DNA of 64,000 bases from the human T2T-CHM13v2.0 reference genome, Homo sapiens. How positions within the stretch are numbered: the stretch's first letter is position 1; each line of letters starts with the position of its first letter. Below are positions 43,961 through 57,718 of the stretch, one piece after another. The stretch lies in assembly GCF_009914755.1 (NCBI RefSeq), contig NC_060930.1; one strand, written 5' to 3'. A model generated the notes under the pieces. It was not told where the DNA came from. It was given only the letters and a program-made list of their open reading frames with translations, and made no database searches. Made by a program: the position numbers and the translations under genes.

Positions 43961-44624
43961 GATGGCCACAAAATGCAACAATTTTGCTTCTTAATCTTTT
44001 AAAATATCTTATGATAATTGCCAACTGGGTGAATTCTTATAATGAATTGGGAGAAATCTCTATAATCTAGTATTTAATTTTTGTAAGATTGTCTGGAGCT
44101 TATTCTATGTACAAAGTCAGAAGAAGAAAATGAGTTTTTGAGAGGTTAAGACATTTTTCCATGGCAATCAACTAGTGATTTCCTAACTACAATCTAGTTC
44201 TTCTCCTACCTAGTAGAGGGCTCTCGCATGCTTTATACCTCAGAGAAGAAATGTTGAAAGTATTAGTATATTGTTATTTTGTTATAATATGCTTTTATCT
44301 TAAAAACTGCATTGCTAAAAGCTTTTGAAAAATAACACAAATAACAAAACAATGATTTAATAAATAAAATGTAATATGCATTCAATTGGCTGTTAAAATG
44401 TAATCATGTCTGTATTTTAATAGTAAGTTTATATATTATTTGAAATAAAAAAGAGAAAATTACTCACTGGTTATTCAAAGTAATATAATAATTTTATTCA
44501 GAGTATGTAAAAAATCAAATATATTTCGTCTATCTTGCTTAAAAAATCTTAAAAGCAGATTGTAAATTCAAAACAATAAAATTTGTTATCTTTTATTTCA
44601 TTAGATTATGCATCTGCTAGAGTG

Positions 44625-45707
44625 CACTGGACCTTGAACAAAGTGGGTTTGAACTGTGCAGGTCCACTTATGCATGGATTTTTAAAAATAAACATACGGG
44701 AATAATTTTTGGAGATTTGTGACAACTTGAGAAAACTCACAGATGAACTGCGACCCTGGATATATCAAAAAATAAGAAACTGTTATGTATTTCATGTATG
44801 CAAAAATATATGTAGATATAAGTCTGTGGTATCATTTCCCACCACAAATTATACACAGATTTTAATAAAAATGTAACATTTATAAAAACTTAACACGCAC
44901 AAACACAGACAGTACATGGTGCCATTTGCAGTGGAGAGAAATGTAAACAAATATAAAGATGCAGTATTAAATTACAACTGCATAAAATCAACCATAGTAC
45001 ATACTGTACTGCTGTAATAATTCCATAGCTGTTTCTCATTGCTATTGCAGTGAGCTTAAGTGTTGCGAGTATATGCTTAAAACACCGTGTGATGCTAATC
45101 ATCTCTGCATGAGCAGTTCATTTCTCCAGTAAATTGCATATCACATATAAAGTGATCTCTCGTGGTTCTCACGTATTTTTCATTGTGTTTAGTGCAATAC
45201 TGTAAACGTTGAGTAACATCACGGAACTCATGCAAAGTGCCACTAGTGATGCTGGAAGTGCTTCCAAGAAGCAGAGAAACGTCATGACATTACAAGAAAA
45301 TTGCTTGATGTGTACCAGAGATTGAGGTCTGCAGCTGTGATTGCCTGCCATTTCAGGCAGACGATTCATCTTATAAAGAGATAAGGTAAAATTATGGTAT
45401 CAATAAATACAGTAAAGTACTGTAAATACATTTTCTCTTTCTTATAATGTCTTAATAACATTTCTTTTCTTTAGCTTACCTTATTGTAAGAATATATATA
45501 ATACATATAATGTACAAAATATGTATATAATACATATAACATACAAAATGTATGTTAAATGACTATGTTATCCATAAGGCTTCCAGTCAACATAAACTAT
45601 TAGTAGAGATGTTGTTGGGAGCCAAAATTTATAAATGGATTTTCAACTGTGACAACAGTTGGAAGGGGATCTGCGCCCCTAAACCCTGCATTGTTAAGGA
45701 TTAACTG
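44625..45707. mobile_element. Tigger2b-type DNA transposon (~1.08 kb deletion derivative)
   Basis: cactggaccttgaacaaagtgggtttgaactgtgcaggtccactta...ccctgcattgttaaggattaactg; transposase N-terminal relic atgctggaagtgcttccaagaagcagagaaacgtcatgacattacaagaaaa. Confidence 0.88.
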
Positions 45708-46123
45708 CATTTAGAATGGCTCAATTAACTTTTTCATTGTGAAAACTGAGCACTATTTTTTACATTATAAGGAATGACTGACATATACTCTTCAAATGTA
45801 GGTTCTCTATGGAACGTTGAGGACACATTTGAAGAACCGATCAGCAATGAGCAAAGAAGTGGGTTTACTTATCCTTTTACTGGAGTAAAGTATTTAACAT
45901 GAGAGGTATAGAGTAATAATTTGTTTAAATCCTTTTGTATTTATGGAAGATGTAAAAATGCACAATGATTTACAGGGAGAGGTTTTTGAAAGCATAAAGT
46001 CATACAAAAAATCTGATGAAATCTCTCCAAAGATTGCAATATTATTGGGGAGGGGGAAGGCCTTCGATTTTTGTTGTTTAAGAATCTGGCGACATTTTTT
46101 AAAGCTTGTCAATTTTTTAAAGC

Positions 46124-47278
46124 TGACACCAGATGTGTGGGGGTTTTGCCACACCAAGTGATTCTCCAATTCTTAGTGGACACTGATTGAGTATCCTACA
46201 GTCTAACTCAATTCTGACACTAACTTTATGGATTTAATGCCTATCCCACAGGTTAACGGTTCAGTCCCACAAGACTATCCCTGACCTCAGACACCAATTA
46301 CAAGTCCAGATTGTCACTTGTGTGTCTAACAGACTGCCTGCAAATCAGGCATTCCTACAACCTCCTCCTAAAACTTTATAATATGCTAGAATGGCTCATG
46401 CAACTCAGGGGAACATATACTGACATTTACCAATTTATCACGAAGGATGGGATAAAGGATACAGATAAATAGTCATGAAAAGGTATGTAGATGGAGATCT
46501 AGGAGGGTTTCTATTGCAGGAGTTTCTGTCCCAGTGGAGTTGAGGTGCACAACCCTCCTGGCATGTGGATATGTTCACCAACCTGAAACAATTTTGTTCA
46601 GAGTATGAATTATGGAAGCTCTCCAAACCTTGTACTTCAGGTTTTTTTTTTTTTTTTGAGGCTTAATCACAGCGTAATCAATAATTAACTCAGTCTCCAG
46701 CTTTTCTCCAATTCCCAGAGTATTAAGTGGGCTGAAAATTCCGATCTTCAATAATTATGGCTGAATCCTTTTGGTGACCAGCCCCTATCCAGAAGCCCAA
46801 CAAGAGTTGCTTCATTGGAAGAAAAAATGCTCCTATTACCCAGGAGGTTCCAAGGAGCTCTGTGTGTGAAACTGATGTCAAAGACTAAATATTTTTTAAA
46901 ATACTATTTTAGCACCCCTATAACTCAAGAGATTAGGAGAGTTTTAGGAGCTCTGTGTTAGAAACTGGGGGCACATGGCTTATGCCTGTAATCTGAGCAC
47001 TTTGGGATGCCTGAGATCAGGCATTTGACACCAGCCTGGCCAACACGGAGAAACCCAGTCTCTACTAAAAATACAAAAATTAGCCCAGCGTGGTGGCGAG
47101 CACCTGCAGTCTCAGCTACTCGGGAGGCTGAGGCAGGGAGAATTGCTTGAACCTGGCAGGCGGAGTTTGCACTGAGCCTACATCATGCCATTTCACTCCA
47201 GCCTGGGCAGCAGGGCGGGACTCTGTCTCAAAAAAAAAGGCAAGGAAAGAAACTGGGGGCACAAACATATATCATACA
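46124..47278 (-). mobile_element. MER21-family (ERVL) LTR containing an Alu
   Basis: ctgacaccagatgtgtggggg...caattctgacactaac...tcagtcccacaagact...aggagctctgtgttagaaactgggg. Confidence 0.8.
46976..47247 (+). mobile_element. AluS, 5'-truncated with left-arm deletion
   Basis: Perfect 16-bp TSD agaaactgggggcaca at 46960-46975 and 47248-47263. Confidence 0.93.
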
Positions 47279-47279
47279 A

Positions 47280-47708
47280 ACATTGCATTTACATATATAA
47301 GTGCATAAAATGAATAAGAATTTTCTAAAATTCTATACAGAGTTTACACCTCTGTTATTGGAAAATGATGCAAAGATTAAATACATAGCATAACAAATTG
47401 TTTTACCAGGTTCTAGATATTTCTTAATCTCAAATTAACATCTAAAATTAATTCAACTAGTCCACCCACTGTCAGCTTGGCATCCATATGCATCAAACTT
47501 AATTTTCAAGTAAAGACAATGACAAGTTACTAGTTCTATCTAACATATAACATGATGATGTTATGCTGTGATTGTGATTGTGGGGATTTCAGACATTAGC
47601 GATTTTTGACTTTAATGATTTAGACTTTAAAGATTTTGATATTTTGAGATTTTGACATTTGGTATTTTTGCATTCAGCACTGTATTTTTCAGGATTATGA
47701 TTCAACCC
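47280..47708 (-). mobile_element. Ricksha-type (MULE/MuDR) DNA transposon end; probably continues left of the MER21 (~45930-46120)
   Basis: Subterminal ~15-bp repeats gattttgac(a/t)tt ending ggattatgattcaaccc; internal ttggaaaatgatgcaaagattaaatacatagcata. Confidence 0.7.
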
Positions 47709-50484
47709 CAAAAATTATTATAAAAATAAACATTTAAAGGAAAAATATAAAATAAAAGATAAGGTGTCATTCTTATTATGGGACCACTTACATGTTTACC
47801 TGTGAAAACAAATAAAAGTTTTGTTTTCACAGACAATTATTTGATAAAATTTGATAAAATTACAATCACACAATTTTCTCATACTGCATAATAGTGAAAC
47901 TATGCAACCTGTTCATGAGGAATTAGTGTAGGAATCTGTTTGGTACTGAAGAAATCACTCAAACTACTAGCAGGGAGAGAGAGATACAATGTAAGATATT
48001 TTTCCTCAAATGTTCACCTGGAAAAATCTTCTCATTACCTAGATGGTGAGACCTAAGCCCAAGAGTTTTAAGCGATGTGCCTAAAGACCACTGTTTTCTA
48101 GCTGCTTCTCCAAAGGTCATCTAGAGCACAGATTGCTTAAGGAATGGACAGTTCTAGTGCTCAGTAATATAGGGAGTTATTTAATCAATCACCATTATCT
48201 ATCAAGATAAGATTAACCATTTTTGTATATTTAACCGAGGTATCAAATGAATAGCTTAGACTGATCTCCTATTTTGGTGGAGATAACTATTTTATAAGAC
48301 TTTCTGTATATTTGGTAAATAGCACAGTGCTCGGTACACGGTTAATACACACTATTTTTTTCAATTAGCCTGAATACATCTCCTAAAATTCTAATGTTTG
48401 AATATCTATTTTAATAAAGTTATACATAATGCTTTTTAAATAAAAACTACATCTATTAACTTTGCAATAAGAAGGATTGGAATTGCAGTAAGAAGGATTT
48501 AAATAATTAACATACTCAATAACTTTCCCTATAATATACAATAGATTTATTTGAGGATAATGTGATTCCTTAAATTTCTATGTGATAATATATTTCAGAG
48601 TTTAAAATTGCATTCCACTCGAGAAATTTCAGAAACACAGTATACAACAATGCTTTACATAGTATGCTTGGAATAAGCCAAATTATAAGAAGTAAAACTA
48701 TCTCAGAGTTAATATTAGGAACAAATTGGTAAAACATTAATGAAGCTTATAGCCATTGTGTTTTATGTATTGAAATCTAGGCACTGAGATGCGCAAATGC
48801 TTTCCCCCACTTAATTGAGAAAGGCACAAATAAGATGGGATTCCTCCAAGGTCAGTACTGAGAGAAGTAAAATATATGCAAGATAATCATATTGAATTTA
48901 CACAATACAGAATAGGAAATACATATTCTTTGCCTGTTCAGATTTTCAAATTGCCTCCAGTTAAGGAATTTTTTTTCCCTGTGGCAGGAAAAACAACTTT
49001 TATTTAGCAAAAAGTAGATTTTTTTTTTGTGAAGATAACTGAAATGTCAAGAAAATGATGAGAAGGAAATTGTTTGGAAAATTGCAAAAGATAACATAGG
49101 CATGAAAACTGAAAAAGTTCTTAAAATGTCGTAAAACTCTAAATTAATGCCGACGTGAGATTTTGCTAGTTTCATCACACTCTTTATATATACGAAACTT
49201 AATTCATTTTTGACTCACATTTTGAGCAGTTTCATAATTAATTTTTATTATTTTGTCCTCAGAGTATTTATGTAGTTATTTTGTCATTTAGTTTTATCAT
49301 AATATATAAATTTTGAGTATATTTTAATAAAATCTTTATTTGAAGCTTGATTTGTTGAATTTCAAGCAATGTGGATGATAAATCTTGTTAGGGTTTTCAT
49401 TTGGAGCACTTCTCTGGTTTGTTATGTTTGAGAAAAAGCGAATTCATATCCTTTGTGAAATATGATGAGAAAATTTTGAGAAATTATTTTTATTAAGAAG
49501 GTTAAGGATTCAAATTTTACATTCAAATTGCACAATTCTTCAGTCCTCATTCTGTCTAAATTGCTTTTAAGTAATACAAAATATTCAAAATAGTTTTTTA
49601 GGATATTAGTTTACATTCTTCAATAGATTAATAAATTGGTAAATCCTCAAGCGAGAACCACTTGTGCAAAAATAGTTTAAACTAAAATTTTATATTTGTT
49701 AATAAATAGGGCATTTTGGCAGCTTTTGAGCATTTTAGAAAATATAGATAAGTTTAACATTAAATTTTTCTCATAAGGTTTCCCATTCCTGATTTTGCCC
49801 GAATTTATTTTTCCAGTTTTTTTTTTTAATTAAGATTAAAGCATAACACAAGTATAAGATTCTTGAGATTGGTAACCCTAAAATGTGTATTTTTTTGCTC
49901 AATATTCTGAATCCTCAGAGCAAGTTGGGCAGCCAGTAATTCCTGATGTCAGGCTGAATACCCATTACTTATTTATTGAAAACTTGCATTTGTGTGAACT
50001 TCACTTAAGTCCGTTTTAATGTAAATGATTGTTAAATAGAGTATTGTTTGTAAGGTACAGACAGTGTTTGTAAGATTTCATTTAACTTGATATTGTAAAA
50101 TATGAAGAAATTTTCTAAGAATAACATTAGGTACTAAACTATCACAAACCTGATCCATGATTTTCAATAAACTTTTTTTTTTTAAATTCAGAATTACGGT
50201 TTATAAAGCACCAGGCACTCTCTTTGGAAAAGAAATTTTAAACTGTAAATGGTTAGAGAAATCAAAATCATTTACTATTTTCAGAAAACTCTTTCGAAGA
50301 TTAGATTTTAAATTTAAATGGTAGTGATTTATTTTATTACTTCAATAAAAACTAGATCAGATAAATGAATAGGAAAACTCTGGACATGTCAGTTTCATGT
50401 GCATAGTAAATATGATGTTTATAAGAAAGTGTGTGGTTAATTTTATTGATTTAACAATGCAAAATAGTTTTAAAGATTACCAAA

Positions 50485-50946
50485 CATAGCATTAAAGGAG
50501 ATTTTATTAGCTTGTGCACAAGGGAACTAGTCCCTAGACAGGAAAAAGGAGCAGGCTGCTCCATGAGGGTGGTGCGTAGCTCAGAGTCTTTTCATAGGGA
50601 AGAGTCACTTCAGGGCATGTATAAGAGGAGTCTTCTAGCACTTGTGCAGTTGATCAACATGCTTCTTCATACATTGCATGTAACATTGGCATTTTAAATC
50701 TCTACCCCTCAGCATGAATCTTAGCATTAAAATGAGGAAAAGGTAACTTTAGGTTAAAGTCTAACTGCACATGTGGGGCTCCAGGAAAGTCGTTAGCCCC
50801 TGAAATAGAAACTTACAATTAATAGCTTACTGAGCCTTTTGTTACTGATTGGCTGTGGGTTAGATAAGCTAGAGCTTGATTGAAGGGCTTTTATCCTTTT
50901 CCTTAGACCATCTTAAAATAGGAAATCAGCCAGCCCACCTATCCCA
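50485..50946 (-). mobile_element. ERV1 (MER4-group-like) LTR, subfamily unresolved
   Basis: catgcttcttcatacattgcatgtaacattggcattttaaatctctaccc...aaaatgaggaaaagg; locally GC-richer. Confidence 0.6.
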
Positions 50947-51081
50947 AAACCCTGAAGAAACTTTACTTTCTTAACTTTTCAAAATAGTGTCAGATAAAAA
51001 TACTTCAAATGTATAATTACTGAAAAAAAATACAGTTTTCATGTAAGGCCAACACTCTTTATGTTTAAATTAAAAAGAAAA

Positions 51082-51196
51082 TTGTAGAGATGGGTCTCAC
51101 TATGTTGCTGGTTTCTAAATTCCTGGGTTCAAGCAATTTTTCTATCTTAGTCTTCCTGAGTGCTATGATTGCAGGCATGAGCCACCATACCAGGCC
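51082..51196 (-). mobile_element. FLAM (free left Alu monomer)
   Basis: ttgtagagatgggtctcactatgttg...gcaggcatgagccaccataccaggcc. Confidence 0.85.
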
Positions 51197-51574
51197 TCCT
51201 TTATCTTTTTAAAGATGTATTTTGTTTTTGAGAAATTTATAGATTAAAAAATAATTTATTTGTGGTTTCTTTATCCTTTGCCTGACTTTGTGAGATCTTT
51301 TTTAACCTAGAATTCACATATGAGCACAAGATTCTTTTATTTATCTGAAATTTAGTTTTGGAATGGGGTAAGATACACTTTTTTAATATAAATAAGTAGA
51401 TGATTATCTTAATAATACTAAAGAGAACTTTCCTTGTTCACTAAATGTGAAATGACACATTTATCACAAGCAAAGCTCACATATATTTGTATATGTATAC
51501 ACACATATACATTTGTCTATTTTGCATAAATATCACACAGCTATGATATATATAAAATAATATGATCCCACTCA

Positions 51575-51850
51575 GGAATGAAATATAGAACCCTGATTCG
51601 GATATGGATCCTAGAAAGATAATGGAACTTGCCTAAGATCACATAATTAGCAATACGGTGTTTGAACCTTAACCCTACCAATTGCTAATTATGTGATCTT
51701 AGGCAAGTTCCATTATTTCTCTGTTTTTAGATTCTCATCTTATAAAATGGGTATAATAAGTATATCATATAAGATTGGCATAATGATTAAATGAATATAT
51801 GTATAGTGTTTACAATGTTGTTTAGCACATAGCATTATATGTGTTAACTC
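51575..51850 (+). mobile_element. MIR containing an inverted duplication
   Basis: MIR core tgtgatcttaggcaagtt...tctctgtttttagattctcatcttataaaatggg...gattaaatgaat. Confidence 0.8.
51619..51716. repeat. Perfect 36-bp inverted repeat with 26-nt spacer
   Basis: 51619-51654 ataatggaacttgcctaagatcacataattagcaat is the exact reverse complement of 51681-51716. Confidence 0.97.
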
Positions 51851-52699
51851 TTGTGTTATCAACAAATTTTCCAATTTTAAAATATTTTAATTCATTTTCT
51901 TTGTGAAGCACATCATGGGATTCATAAAAATCTTTTGGAATTTTGATTGGGATTATACTAACTTTTAAAATTTATTTGATTTTGAAAGTAACACTGAAAT
52001 ACATTTTCCTTCCAAAATATATTTTTTAAATGTTAAAAAGAGGAATGTTATTTGATTACTGATAGTTTGGGATGTAGCATTGTAAATATATTTTCTATGC
52101 CTGTGACAACATAAGCATATGCCCAGTCAACACGTTGCATTATATATTATAGTTGGTATTATTTTTCTTTTACATGAATAGTATATAGCTGTAATTCATC
52201 TTGGTAATATTTGGTTGCTCAAAAATATGTCTTTCAGATATTTATATTTTGTTTTAAAACCTTCTTAATCCAAATATTTTATTGATAAACATATAGAATG
52301 TTTCAAATAGATGGAAAAATGCTTAAGTTTTACAGTAGCTTGCATGCCTCCTTTTGTGCATATCTGTAAACTATTCTTTGAGTAAATATAAAGAGAGAAT
52401 TTACTGGCATTTTGAAACAATTAAATTTGTTTTAAAGACATAGGGCAAAAGATGTGAAGAATTTTCCTGTGGCCTAAAAAAGTATCAGGTATGAGAGATA
52501 ATGTTTCAAACATTGATTTGGCCTGAACCAGAGCTGGCTGATTAATTTGAGCAATGTATGCACTTATGGGCTCTTTTTATTTTTATATAAACTATTTTAT
52601 TACAAAACAAAAAAACAGATTTCAAAGGTCACACGAAGTAATGTAGAATTCAAGGTGAAAATATTTGTAACCATCACCCAGGTCAAGAAAATAGTCCTG

Positions 52700-53039
<340 letters not shown>

Positions 53040-53301
53040 CATAGTCCCTCAGTGTGATCTATCCTAAACCTAATTTCCTTCTATTCTCCAAAATATAAAT
53101 GCCTTTCATTAATCTATACTTTTAATTTCTCAGTCTATATCACTAGATTTTATAGCTTACTTATGTGTCCCTCACTTTTGTGATAGTTCTTTAATAAGTT
53201 TATCATTTAATGTGTATATATTCTCTTGACCTCACTTTCAAACAATTTTTCCCTTGGTTCCTAGGCTATTTAACACATAGGTTTGAATTTTCTAAAAGCA
53301 A

Positions 53302-53943
53302 ATCCCTTGTTTCTTTGTTGACTTTCTGTCTTGACGACCTGTCTAGTGCTGTCAGTGGAGTATTGAAGTCCCCCCACTAGTATTGTGTTGCTGTCTATCT
53401 CATTTCTTAGGTCTATTAGTAATCTTTGTAGACATTTGGGAGCTCCAGTGTTAGGGGCATATATGTTTAGGATTGTGATATTTTCCTGTTGGACAAGGTC
53501 TTTTACCATGATATAATGTCCTTCTTTGTCTCTTTTAACTACTGTTGCTTTAAGGGTTGTTTTGTCTGATACAAGAATAGCTACCCTGCTTGTTTTTGGT
53601 GTCCATTTGCATGAAATGCCTTTTTCCACCCCTTTACTTTAAGTTTATGTGAGTAGCTATGTGTTAGGTGAGTCTCCTGAAGGCAGCAGATAGTTGGTTG
53701 GTCAGTTCTTATCCATTCTGTGGTTCCATATCTTTTAAGTGGAGCATTTAGGCCATTTACATTCAATATTAGTATTGAGATGTGAGGTACCATTCCATTC
53801 ATCGTGCTATTTTTTCCCCTGTGTGCCTTGTTTTTGTTTTTTAATTTGTATTTTTGTTTCATAGGTCCTGTGTGATTTATACTTTAAAGAGGTTCTGTTT
53901 TGATGTGTTTCCAGGATTTGGTTCAAGATTTAGAGCTTCTTTT
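53302..53943 (-). mobile_element. L1PB-like internal fragment: ORF1 end plus frameshifted ORF2 endonuclease N-terminus
   Basis: Peptides ILILNVNGLNAPLKR...ICCLQETHL and VAILVSDK...EGHYIMVK...LNIYAPNTGAP in two frames. Confidence 0.9.
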
Positions 53944-55449
53944 ATACTTATTATTCATTTTATATTTTTCAGCCTGCTATCAATTTAAATACTTTGTGCA
54001 TTTGTCATGTTTTTAATATTTTTCTTTTTACTTTGAAAGATTTTCCTTTAGCCCTTGTACCCCACACTCACCCAATAAACACACACACACATACATACAC
54101 ATTTCTCTATAACTTCTTCTTCCTTTATCCATTTATTGTGAATTTTTAAGATTACAGTTTCAAGATTTTAGAGATTACAAATAGCTCTTCCAGATCTGTG
54201 ATTTATGAAATAATTTTGGTTGTGTTATTTTTCACAGAACACAAGACCTTTGTTTTTTCTTTGTTGCTTCTGTTTTGTGGGTATTATGATAAATCTTTTT
54301 CCCACTCAGTTCTACATTTTTTAAGTTACTGTTTTGGTTTGTTATCCATAATTGCAATCTCATTTGGTATAATCTACTGGGAACTTATTATTTATATGGT
54401 AATTATATTTTATAAAGTGATCTAGTTATACAATGTCATCAGTGTTGTCTCCCAGTGATTTTTTACACAATTTCTATCAGTTATTTTGTTGCTTTTGATA
54501 TCTAGGTCCATTTCTGGGTTATGTAATTTTATTGTTTTATTTCTTTGTTCCAGTACAATATTTTTATTATTATAACTTTGTAGGATATTTAAAATCTGAT
54601 AGGGTAAATCCTGATATTTTCTCTATTTAAAAAACTGTGGGCCTTATATTGTAAATTTTAATTTTTCTACATAAATTTTACATCTATTTAATTTGATATT
54701 ATTGAAATCATGACTGGAATTGCATGTAATATATGCATTTTAAAAATCAAAGCTCATATAATTTAATGTTATATAATTCTACATATGAAAATGATATATT
54801 TTGTGTCTATTAGAAAAACTTATACTTAACTGTAATTTTTATCTTTCCCCTTATCTTAAATTCCAGGTCTTTACTTTGCTTTCATTAATTTTTCCTGGGT
54901 ATTGCCCAGCAAATATCCTTTTAAAATTTTTTTAAAAGGACGTATAGTAAATATAACTCTAAAATTTCCAAAGTATCATTATTTTGCCCATGTATACCTT
55001 AGAAGAAATTTTTCTAAACTCTTCTGGCATCTACTGATGTTAACTTTATTTCCATTATGCTGAAATACATTGTTTTTATTTTTTGGAAGATTTTACTAGC
55101 ATCTTCATTCTTATCAATCTACTTATTTAGAAATTATTAACAATTTTGCTTGTTTATGAAACTTTCAAATTTCCTTTGGTTTTTGTAGACATGGATATGC
55201 TTATGGATGTGGGTAGATTTATATAGATAAGGATACACAGTTAACTTGCACAATGTCCATTTTTAAGGGATTCAATGTATCTGCCTAATCCACATTAATT
55301 CAGAAGCTCTACTTTGATTTGTTTATATTTGTTTATTCTCACTCCTTTAAGAAAGTTTATCTATTCCCTTAATTAACAAAATAAATCTTCAAAAATGGGT
55401 ATCTGTAAGCTCTGACTTTAGTCTTTTATTCCAAACATTTTAGATAGAA

Positions 55450-55815
55450 TATATTAACTGCTGTTACAAAAACCTCTAAAATCATAGAGATTTACTTAAA
55501 GAAGGGTTATTTCTTACTCATGTTATAAGACAGTATGAACTGGAAGAGAGGAACACTCTATGTCATCATTCAGGGGTCCAAGTTCCTTTCTTTTCATGTT
55601 TCAGTCATCCTCATGGTCTTCAGAATCCTCCACTGGACCTTCTACATTCATCAGTAAGAAGAGTGATGAGAGCATTACAGAATCCTACCAAATTTTTTTA
55701 TGGAGTCAGACAAATATCTTCTTACCAAACTGCAGAGAATTCTGAGGAATATATTGTAGCTTTGGGCCCAGGAAACATGAGGAATTAACTTTAATGATTG
55801 GCTACAGTCTCAGTC
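55450..55815 (-). mobile_element. MLT1J/K-like LTR
   Basis: ctgctgttacaaaaacctctaaaatc...ggttatttcttactcatg...aactgcagagaattctgagg. Confidence 0.6.
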
Positions 55816-55840
55816 TCAGTTTCCCTTTCTTGTCACCAAA

Positions 55841-56860
55841 TGTGTCAGTATGCTTAGAGTAGAAAGGCAGAACCACTATGAGTGAAATACAGTTAAGAAT
55901 ATATGACTGGGGCTGGGCGCAGTAGCTCATACCTGTAATTCCAGCACTTTGGGAGGTGGAGGCAGGCAGATCACGAGGTCAGGAGTTCGACCAGGTGTGG
56001 TGCTAGCCAGGCGTGGTAGTGCATGCCTGTAATCCTAGCTACTCAGGAGGCTGAGGCAGGAGAATCGCTTGAACCCGGGAGGTGGAGGTTTCAGTGAGCC
56101 AAGATGCACCACTGAACTCCAGCCAGGGCAACAGAGTGAGAGTCCGTCTCAAAAAATAAAAATAAAATAAAATAAAGAACATATAATTGGGATTCAATCT
56201 TACACAAGTCTGAGAGCAGCTGTGGTGGTAGCATTGACTTATTGGACATGGAAAAAAAGACACTAAACAAAGACCGAAGAGCTGCTGATGAAGAAGCCTA
56301 CAGAAGGCTGCTGTATCTGCATCTGGTGGTTAATCTGAAGGTGTTGTAGGTAAGCCATACAAGTAGATAAGAAAATAAGCTCAAGCAAAATAGGGAAAAA
56401 GTAGAACAGACAGGATGACAAAACAAAAAACAAACAAACAAAAATTGTAATCTACAAAGACAAAGTGGAATTTCTGAGAATGAGCTGGAACCCACTTCAG
56501 TGTCTCCTGATATTTAACACTGATAACATGAAAGACTTGCAAAAAATACTAAGTGCCCTTTTATACAGAACTGCACATGTGCTTAATCTGGGACTTAAAC
56601 TAAAGGAGGAGATCTTGCAGGTGTAGAAGGACATGTAATCTAGTTGTCCACCTCAGAGCCAAATTAGTAAATGTGAGCTGCAGTGATGCCTTTGGCTCTG
56701 CCCTGATTGTTGGGAAAACTTACTGCTCCTTTACTTCCACTTTCCAAATCTAGCACAAATTTCTCTTGTGACCAAGCCTAACCTAGAACCACACAGGGAA
56801 CGAAAATCAGACAATATAATTGCAATTTAACTTCAACTAACCACAAAATAATTTACAATG
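55841..56860. mobile_element. Old ERVL-type LTR, interrupted by an Alu
   Basis: gcagaaccactatgagtg...cttacacaag; aaatttctcttgtgaccaagcctaacctagaaccacacaggga. Confidence 0.45.
55911..56174 (+). mobile_element. AluS (Sg-like) with deleted central linker
   Basis: gagttcga joins ccaggtgtggtgctagccaggcgtgg; TSD aagaatatatgactgg/aagaacatataattgg. Confidence 0.92.
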
Positions 56861-57045
56861 ATTTGAAAACCCCACTGTACTATATAGACTTATCATTCTG
56901 ACTCTGTGGTTACAAAATTACATTGGCAAAATAATTTTTTAATGTGCCTTGAGGTTCTTCATATTAATACATTCTTACGCGATAGACCAGTAGTGCCGGT
57001 CAAGTATATAATTACGTATTAAGCCCATTTAAACATGTCACAGGA

Positions 57046-57382
<337 letters not shown>

Positions 57383-57718
57383 CTAGACTCATGGAGGAGA
57401 AGTATCATTGACACAGTTGAAAAATCATAACAACATTTTATTATTTTATTAATTAAAGATTTTCGTTATTTTACTTAAAATTAACTTTTCAGATTCTGCA
57501 ATCTTAAAGGATGTAAAGCTGCAGACTTAAGATTTAAGCCTCTTAAGTTCAGCAAACTTTTGCTAACAAAGTTTGCTTGCCAAGCAATTTTTCACCAGTT
57601 CTCACAGCTATCTAAACACAGTTCCTTTTTTCAGTATCTGACCTAAATGTATTTTCTTTAAATGGAAAGAACCTAAAGAACAAGGCCTCAGGGATATGGT
57701 ATTACTTGAGCCACTCAC

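Noticed and set aside
47575-47708. Periodic short repeats superficially like a CRISPR or minisatellite array
   Set aside because: No unique spacers, eukaryotic context, and explained by Ricksha subterminal repeats
57551-57578. Short palindrome agcaaactttt...aaagtttgct
   Set aside because: About a 10-12 bp imperfect stem, within chance expectation for 64 kb of AT-rich DNA
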